The notes under the pieces were generated by a model. That model searched no databases, was not told the DNA's origin, and saw only the letters and a program-made list of their open reading frames with translations. A program made the translations under genes and the position numbers. From NCBI GenBank assembly GCA_041663005.1, contig JBAZRK010000001.1, positions 157,360 to 221,359 of the forward strand: DNA of 64,000 nucleotides, written 5' to 3'. Origin of the DNA: Minisyncoccota bacterium (GTDB lineage: Bacteria; Patescibacteriota; Minisyncoccia; Phycocordibacterales; UBA9973). This document shows, in pieces, positions 57,958-64,000 of this stretch (position 1 is the first letter of the stretch; every line of letters begins with the position of its first letter).

Positions 57958-59367
57958 ATGAAGCGAAGCAAAAACTCCAAACAAAAATTTTCAACAAAAA
58001 TAACACCAATTATTGGACTCCAATGGGGAGACGAGGGTAAGGGTAAGGGGGTAGCTCGAATCGCTTCCGGACTTTCTGTCCAGGACCTCATTGTTCGCTT
58101 TCAAGGAGGCAACAATGCCGGACACACTATCTGGTACGAGGGGGATTGCTATGTATTTCACCTTATACCGTCGGGTGTTTTCGGGAAGGCGCAGGTGCAT
58201 TTAGGCGCCGGAATGGTCATCAACCCCGGAGCTCTTCTACTTGAAGCTAAGAAAATACCTAAGAAAATTTCATTTTTAAATAGAATGTCCGTATCGCCAC
58301 ATGCTGTACTAACTATACCGACGCACTTACTGATGGATTCGGTTTCCGAGAAAAGCAAAGGTAAGAAAAAAATTGGCTCAACAGGAAAAGGAATTTCACC
58401 CTCGTATACAGACCTCACTCTCCGTCGTGCCTTGAGAGTGGGTGATATTTTCTATGGAGATTTCAAGAAGAAATACGCAGCTCTTCGAGCAGAGCATATC
58501 GAAACCCTTAACAAAGTTTTCGGCCATAAAGTTTCCGCAGTAGAACTTAAAGCAAACGAGAACAACTTCTGGCAAGGTGTAAAATTTTTGCAATCGTTAA
58601 AAATTATGGAATCTGCCGAGATTGTGGAGCAAGCCATCTTGGGTGAACATAAAATCATCGCTGAGGGCGCCCAGGGAGCGCTCCTTGATGTCCGCTTTGG
58701 GCATTATCCTTTCGTAACATCATCGCACACCATTGCGGCAGGGGTCGCTACTGGACTCGGAATACCACCGGCATATGTAGGTGGCGCTATTGGAATCACG
58801 AAGGCATATACTACCAAGGTAGGAGAAGGTCCTTTTCCTACAGAGTTAGGTGGAGAAAAATCAGCTGTTTGGTGCCGCGACAAGAGATCAGCCGACGAAC
58901 AAAGTAAATTCCCAAACCCATCACCACAAAGTCGTGATCCGTTTGAGGTGGGCATTGCCTTGCGTAGAGCGGGGAATGAAATAGGTGCCACAACAGGGCG
59001 ACTGCGCCGCACAGGCTGGCTCGACTTGCCGCTACTTAAATATACTATCAAGATGAACCGCGCCGAGGAGTTGGTACTCACTAAGCTTGATGTCTTGAAC
59101 GGATTCAAGGAGATTAAAGTTTGTGTTGCTTATAAAGTAAATGGCAAACGTACTGAAAAAATTCCCTTCGACTTGTCACGGGTAAAGGTGGAACCTATCT
59201 ATCGTAGTTTCCCACTATGGAAGGGTAAATTATCAGACTACGGAATAAAGCTTCCAAAAGAAGCCCTCGAATATGTGAAGTTCTTGGAGCAGACTCTCAA
59301 TACAAAGATTATTTACGTTGGCACAGGCCCTGAAGAGCATCACGCCGTCGAGAGATATTGGAGCTAG
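57958..59367 (+). CDS. purA: Adenylosuccinate synthetase
   Basis: QWGDEGKG, NAGHT, EGAQG, YPFVTSS, GATTGR.RR.GWLD, TKLDVL. Confidence 0.96.
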   Translation: MKRSKNSKQKFSTKITPIIGLQWGDEGKGKGVARIASGLSVQDLIVRFQGGNNAGHTIWYEGDCYVFHLIPSGVFGKAQVHLGAGMVINPGALLLEAKKIPKKISFLNRMSVSPHAVLTIPTHLLMDSVSEKSKGKKKIGSTGKGISPSYTDLTLRRALRVGDIFYGDFKKKYAALRAEHIETLNKVFGHKVSAVELKANENNFWQGVKFLQSLKIMESAEIVEQAILGEHKIIAEGAQGALLDVRFGHYPFVTSSHTIAAGVATGLGIPPAYVGGAIGITKAYTTKVGEGPFPTELGGEKSAVWCRDKRSADEQSKFPNPSPQSRDPFEVGIALRRAGNEIGATTGRLRRTGWLDLPLLKYTIKMNRAEELVLTKLDVLNGFKEIKVCVAYKVNGKRTEKIPFDLSRVKVEPIYRSFPLWKGKLSDYGIKLPKEALEYVKFLEQTLNTKIIYVGTGPEEHHAVERYWS

Positions 59368-59915
59368 GACAAACCTGACTCTTTTTCTACCTCTTCTTTT
59401 GTTTGCCCTGTATATAGGATAGTTTTTAGATTCGGATATTGCTTGAAATCCAAATTGTTAAAATAACGCTCACGGTCGTCTATGTAAATCACGGGCTCAT
59501 CTTTAAACTGTTCACATATCTGTTCTACTGCTTTTTTCTTATCATCTAACACTACAAAAATTTCCCTAAAAAAATTTTCAAGCCCAGCTGTTTCTATTTT
59601 TGCCCGCTGAAATTCTTCATCTCCATACGTAACAATAAAACAATTTTCTCTGCCGGCTGCTTGCGCAAGTTTTAACATTTCTAAATTTACATATTCGTGA
59701 TTATTGTGCATGATTTCATGATAAAGCTCTAGAGGTAGAGAGAAGTGCGCTAAAAGACGTTTTAATGAGAATCCTCGCACGGGTCCCTCTATAGCATCAA
59801 ATTCTTTTATTTGCTCTGGACTTACACCATGGCGTTTGTACACTTCAAAAACTCTCTCTTTCAAGTTGCTTTTGGTGTGGAACAATACGTCATCGAAATC
59901 AAAAATGTATTTCAT
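59364..59915 (-). CDS. HAD-superfamily hydrolase
   Basis: IFDFDDVL, TYG, Q.K, YIDD; start ATG 59915. Confidence 0.8.
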   Translation of the reverse strand: MKYIFDFDDVLFHTKSNLKERVFEVYKRHGVSPEQIKEFDAIEGPVRGFSLKRLLAHFSLPLELYHEIMHNNHEYVNLEMLKLAQAAGRENCFIVTYGDEEFQRAKIETAGLENFFREIFVVLDDKKKAVEQICEQFKDEPVIYIDDRERYFNNLDFKQYPNLKTILYTGQTKEEVEKESGLS

Positions 59916-59916
59916 A

Positions 59917-60897
59917 TTATTTACCGATGATGCTGCCAATGACCGCAGCAAGTTTTCCTGAGTCGTGGCGAATAAAACTTCTTTTCATAATATCACCCTT
60001 ACTGTTTTCATAAATTACGTGAGATAGAAGGGGGGCCCTGACGACGCGCGTGTCATTCAAGTCATCTTCAATTAACACATCCCCACGTTCTTCCGCCTTA
60101 TATTGTTCAATTTGATCTTGAGAAGGTTTTTCGTCATTTAACACAATAAAATCAAGCTTTTTGCCAAGATATTTTTCAATAGCGTTCACATAGTCGCTTA
60201 CTTTCCATCCCATATTGTGACCCTGCTTGTTAGTTAGGTTTACAGGTAAAATTATCTTCGCCTTGCTTAGAAGCAACGCCTCTTTAAACCCATCAACAAT
60301 AAAATTTGGAATCAGTGAGGTAAATAAATCTCCCGGTCCGGTGATTATGTAATCGGCACTCAAAATTGCCTCGCGGGCTTTTGCATTTAGGCTGACAGCA
60401 TTCTTATAGAAAAACTTCTTTACTCCGGGCTTTTCCGCGAAATTTGATTCATCAATTTTATTTTCGCCGAAAATAATACTGCCATCCTCGAACTCAACGC
60501 CGAGCTCAGCAGAATCCTTGGTAATCGGAACCACTGTACCCTTAACTTTGAGAATCTCAGAGGCCACTTCCACCCCTTCGCCGAAATCTCCAGTTGTTTT
60601 TTGTAGTGCGGCAAGGAAAATATTTCCGAAGGTCTGACCGGACAGCGACCCTTCGGTAAAGCGGTAGAGCATAAGCTTCCGCACAACATCAGAGTGCTCC
60701 GACAGAGCAACCAAACAAAGCCTGGTGTCAGACGGCGGCAAAACTCCTAACTCATTTCGCATAACTTTATTCGAGCCCCCATCGTCTGCCATTGAGACGA
60801 GCGCCGTCAAGGATAAACCGGGGAGGTTCTTCAGACCTGACAAAACGGTGTAGCTCCCTGTGCCGCCACCGATGGTAACGATGTTTTTTGTATTCAT
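59917..60897 (-). CDS. YvcK/GlmR (CofD-like) protein
   Basis: IGGGTG, DDGGS, PPSD.R, GPGDLFTS, IRHD. Confidence 0.92.
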   Translation of the reverse strand: MNTKNIVTIGGGTGSYTVLSGLKNLPGLSLTALVSMADDGGSNKVMRNELGVLPPSDTRLCLVALSEHSDVVRKLMLYRFTEGSLSGQTFGNIFLAALQKTTGDFGEGVEVASEILKVKGTVVPITKDSAELGVEFEDGSIIFGENKIDESNFAEKPGVKKFFYKNAVSLNAKAREAILSADYIITGPGDLFTSLIPNFIVDGFKEALLLSKAKIILPVNLTNKQGHNMGWKVSDYVNAIEKYLGKKLDFIVLNDEKPSQDQIEQYKAEERGDVLIEDDLNDTRVVRAPLLSHVIYENSKGDIMKRSFIRHDSGKLAAVIGSIIGK

Positions 60898-60958
60898 CTT
60901 AAGGGATATTCTAGCAAAAAAGCGGGCGTTTGTCTTTAATGCGAGCTTGTTGTAATAT

Positions 60959-63850
60959 ATGCATATGCTATCGCGGATATATGTGAAGCCAAAGGGTAAG
61001 GCGACTATTATGAGTTCCTACCTTATATCACACCAACTAGGCAAGGATAAAATCCTCAAAATCGCTAACGCGCTCACTAATCAAACCATAGAAGAATTCT
61101 CCATAAACAAATTTCCCGAGGTTTCGGGTTTTTCTTATGCCATAGAAGTAGGATTCTTGCCCGGAGTTACCGACAACGCCGCCCACTCAACCAAAGAAAC
61201 AATAACCGACCTCCTACATTTAAAAGAAAACGCCAAGCTATCGGTATATACTTCTAAAATTTTCTTAACCAACAAGAAGAATAGTGCTCAAGTAAAAGAG
61301 TTTGCCGCAACGTTATACAACCCGTTAATAGAAAGGGTATATTTAGCAAGCAAGCAAGAGTTAAAAATTAAAAAGGATTTTCCACGCAAAGAGCTGAAGG
61401 TGATTTTAAAGAAATCTGAACCGGTGATTATCGTTCCACTCTCGAACGCGAACGAAACAGCACTCAGCTTGATAGGTAAAGAGGGTATTAGTGAAAAAGA
61501 CGGCACACGTAGAGGACCTTTAGCGTTAGACCTAAATTCAATGAAGGTTATTCAAAATCATTTTAATAAACTTAACCGCGAACCAACCGACATAGAGCTA
61601 GAAGCTTTGGCCCAAACCTGGTCGGAGCACTGCAAGCACACAATTTTTGCAAATCCAATAGACAACATCGCGGACGGTTTGTATCGAACCTATATCAAAG
61701 GAGCAACAAACCTAATTAGAAAAAATAAAGGGAAAAATGATTTTTGTGTTTCAGTGTTTTCTGATAACTCCGGCGGAATAGTTTTCGACGAAAATTATCT
61801 TATTACCCATAAGGTTGAAACCCACAACAGCCCTTCAGCCCTAGACCCATTCGGCGGAGCCATTACGGGAATTGTCGGGGTGAACCGCGACACTGTTGGC
61901 TTTGGACTAGGTGCTAAACCCGTAGCGAATGTTTACGGCTTTTGCTTCGGTTACCCTGAAGACAAGGCAAAATATTTTCGAGACCCAGCGTTGACTCAGC
62001 CGATGCTGCCCCCAGCGCGCATAATTGATGGCGTGGTGAAAGGAATCAATGTGGGCGGGAACTGCTCGGGAATTCCTACACTATCGGGCTTTGTAAAGTT
62101 TGATGATAGGTATCGCGGCAAGCCTCTAGTCTTCGCCGGCACAGTTGGCTTAATCCCTCGTAAATCCGCTGGGCGAATGTCCCACCTCAAAGCCGCTGGC
62201 AAAGGCGATTATATCGTTATGCTGGGAGGGAGAGTGGGCTTAGATGGCATTCACGGAGCTACATTCTCATCTGTCGCCTTAGATTCAAAATCTCCAGCAG
62301 CAGCAGTGCAAATAGGGGACCCTATCACTCAGAAAAAATTAAGCGACGCCATAGTGAAAGAAGCGCGCGATAGAAAATTATACAGAAGCATTACCGATAA
62401 CGGTGCTGGCGGATTATCTTGTTCGGTAGCGGAAATGGCCAAAGAATCCGGCGGTGCAGAAGTTGACTTAGAAAAAGTACCACTTAAGTATCCGGGCCTT
62501 CGACCCTGGGAAATTTGGATTTCAGAATCTCAGGAGCGTATGACTTTGTCCGTGCCTCGCGAAAAATGGAAAGAGTTTGAGAAGCTTATGCGTTCTCGCA
62601 GCGTAGAAGCTACCATCATTGGACAATTCACGGATTCGGGAAGTTGCGTCGTTAAATACGGAGGCAAAAAAATAATGGATATCGATATGGAATTTTTACA
62701 CAATGGTCTACCGACGGAACACCTAAGAACTACCCAGACTTATGTAAAAAACACCGAGCCCAAAATTGAATTAGCTTCTTATGAAAAAGCTCTGGAGAAT
62801 TTACTTGCAAGAAAAAATATTAGTGGCTTCGCCTTCATTTCAGAACAATACGACCACGAGGTGCAAGCTTCATCTGTATTGAAACCTCTCGCGGGCCCCG
62901 GCCGAATTAATACCGATGCTCAAGTTTTCCGACCAGTATTAAGCTCTCTAAAGGGCGCGGTACTAACCTCAAGCACTTACCCTTCATATGGAGATATAAG
63001 CACCTATCATATGGCTGCTGCCGCAATAGATACAGCGATACGAAATGCCGTGGCTGCAGGAGGCAGCTTGTCACATTTGGCGATACTCGACAACTTCTGT
63101 TGGTGTTCCTCTAACGATCCGGTACGCTTGGGGCAGCTTGTTGATGCGGTGAAAGCCTGTTACGACTACGCGGTAAGCTACGACACTCCTTTTATCTCCG
63201 GAAAGGATAGTATGTTTAATGATTTTAAAGGCTACGACGAGAAGGGGGCGCCCGTGGCTATTTCTATTCCACCTACGCTCCTAATTTCTGCCATCGGAGT
63301 GATGAGTGACCTAAGAAAAACAATCTCGCCGGAATTTAAGCGAGTGGGTGATAGTATTTATATACTTGGAGATACAAATGATGAAATGGGTGGTGGAGAA
63401 CTTTATAGAATGGCTGGCTTTGTCGGAGAAAATGTACCAAAGGTTGATGCGCGAAAAAATTTAAAAACCTACAAAGTACTCGAGCAGACAATCAAAAAGG
63501 AGTTGTTAGCCTCATCTATCTCTCTAACCTCGGGTGGCCTTGCTATCGCACTGGCTAAAGCATCTCTCGGGGGAATGCTCGGCGCTGACATTTCTCTTAA
63601 AAATCTTCCCGGCAGAGCTCAAACCACTCTCGCTAAACTATTTTCCGAAAGTCAGGGTAGGGTAGTGGTTTCAGTAAATCCAAAGGATGTTAGAACTTTT
63701 GAAAAAATTATTAAGGACATCCCACACGCTAAACTTGGTAAGGTTTCAAAAAATGACATACTTACCATTTCCGACAATAAACAGGTGGTAAAAACTGCCA
63801 TTAAAAAATTGCACAATATTTACCACAAGTTTTCTAACAGTATGCAATAA
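60959..63850 (+). CDS. purL: Phosphoribosylformylglycinamidine synthase subunit PurL
   Basis: QTWSEHCKH, KVETHNSPS, DGIHGATFSS, DNGAGG, SESQERM, ISGKDS. Confidence 0.94.
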   Translation: MHMLSRIYVKPKGKATIMSSYLISHQLGKDKILKIANALTNQTIEEFSINKFPEVSGFSYAIEVGFLPGVTDNAAHSTKETITDLLHLKENAKLSVYTSKIFLTNKKNSAQVKEFAATLYNPLIERVYLASKQELKIKKDFPRKELKVILKKSEPVIIVPLSNANETALSLIGKEGISEKDGTRRGPLALDLNSMKVIQNHFNKLNREPTDIELEALAQTWSEHCKHTIFANPIDNIADGLYRTYIKGATNLIRKNKGKNDFCVSVFSDNSGGIVFDENYLITHKVETHNSPSALDPFGGAITGIVGVNRDTVGFGLGAKPVANVYGFCFGYPEDKAKYFRDPALTQPMLPPARIIDGVVKGINVGGNCSGIPTLSGFVKFDDRYRGKPLVFAGTVGLIPRKSAGRMSHLKAAGKGDYIVMLGGRVGLDGIHGATFSSVALDSKSPAAAVQIGDPITQKKLSDAIVKEARDRKLYRSITDNGAGGLSCSVAEMAKESGGAEVDLEKVPLKYPGLRPWEIWISESQERMTLSVPREKWKEFEKLMRSRSVEATIIGQFTDSGSCVVKYGGKKIMDIDMEFLHNGLPTEHLRTTQTYVKNTEPKIELASYEKALENLLARKNISGFAFISEQYDHEVQASSVLKPLAGPGRINTDAQVFRPVLSSLKGAVLTSSTYPSYGDISTYHMAAAAIDTAIRNAVAAGGSLSHLAILDNFCWCSSNDPVRLGQLVDAVKACYDYAVSYDTPFISGKDSMFNDFKGYDEKGAPVAISIPPTLLISAIGVMSDLRKTISPEFKRVGDSIYILGDTNDEMGGGELYRMAGFVGENVPKVDARKNLKTYKVLEQTIKKELLASSISLTSGGLAIALAKASLGGMLGADISLKNLPGRAQTTLAKLFSESQGRVVVSVNPKDVRTFEKIIKDIPHAKLGKVSKNDILTISDNKQVVKTAIKKLHNIYHKFSNSMQ

Positions 63851-63865
63851 GTGATTTATTGACCT

Positions 63866-64000
63866 ATGAAAAAAGTAAAAATCAAAACTAAACAGCCGAA
63901 AGTAATAGTAATGTCCGGGTACGGACTGAACTGCGAAGAAGAAACAAAATTTGCTTTCGAATGGGCCGGTGGCGCTGCGGATATAGTGCATCTAAATGAC
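63866..64000 (+). CDS. purQ: FGAM synthase glutaminase subunit PurQ, 3'-truncated by window edge
   Basis: PKVIVMSGYGLNCEEETKFAFEWAGG..IVHLND directly after purL. Confidence 0.85.
   Translation, partial: MKKVKIKTKQPKVIVMSGYGLNCEEETKFAFEWAGGAADIVHLND

Overview
Gene-dense bacterial chromosomal segment. Gene content, short intergenic spaces, near-absence of Shine-Dalgarno sites and CPR-type proteins suggest Patescibacteria (Parcubacteria-like); this is inference. It uses genetic code 11. Housekeeping genes include gatB, fba, rplY, rpmE, prfA, a complete F1Fo ATP synthase operon, rsmI, a degenerate priA, mreB, frr, rseP, ddl, alr, rpmG, miaA, an HTH-murA fusion, parB, a frameshifted rel, topA, dprA, serS, dus, dnaX, guaB, purA, purL and the start of purQ, plus four tRNAs (Ile-GAT, Trp-CCA, Leu-CAA, Gln-TTG). 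Four things stand out. (1) A 47.7-56.5 kb envelope/redox island encodes an ECF sigma and anti-sigma, a membrane-tethered FNR-like reductase with a Pro/Thr tail, ApbE, a ferric-reductase-like membrane protein, a Cys-repeat LPxTG protein with its sortase, cytochrome b5 and DoxX; a candidate ECF promoter (GTAA-N17-CGTCT) occurs three times in it. (2) An XRE-HTH-MurA fusion has a perfect 22-bp palindrome filling its own promoter spacer. (3) Three families of small palindromic MITE/REP-like elements are present: one supplies -35 boxes to rplY and mreB, one sits in frame inside proteins, and one lies between atpE and atpF. (4) A heavily structured orphan transcript lies at 11.1-11.6 kb. All calls come from reading motifs by eye; no database searches were run.
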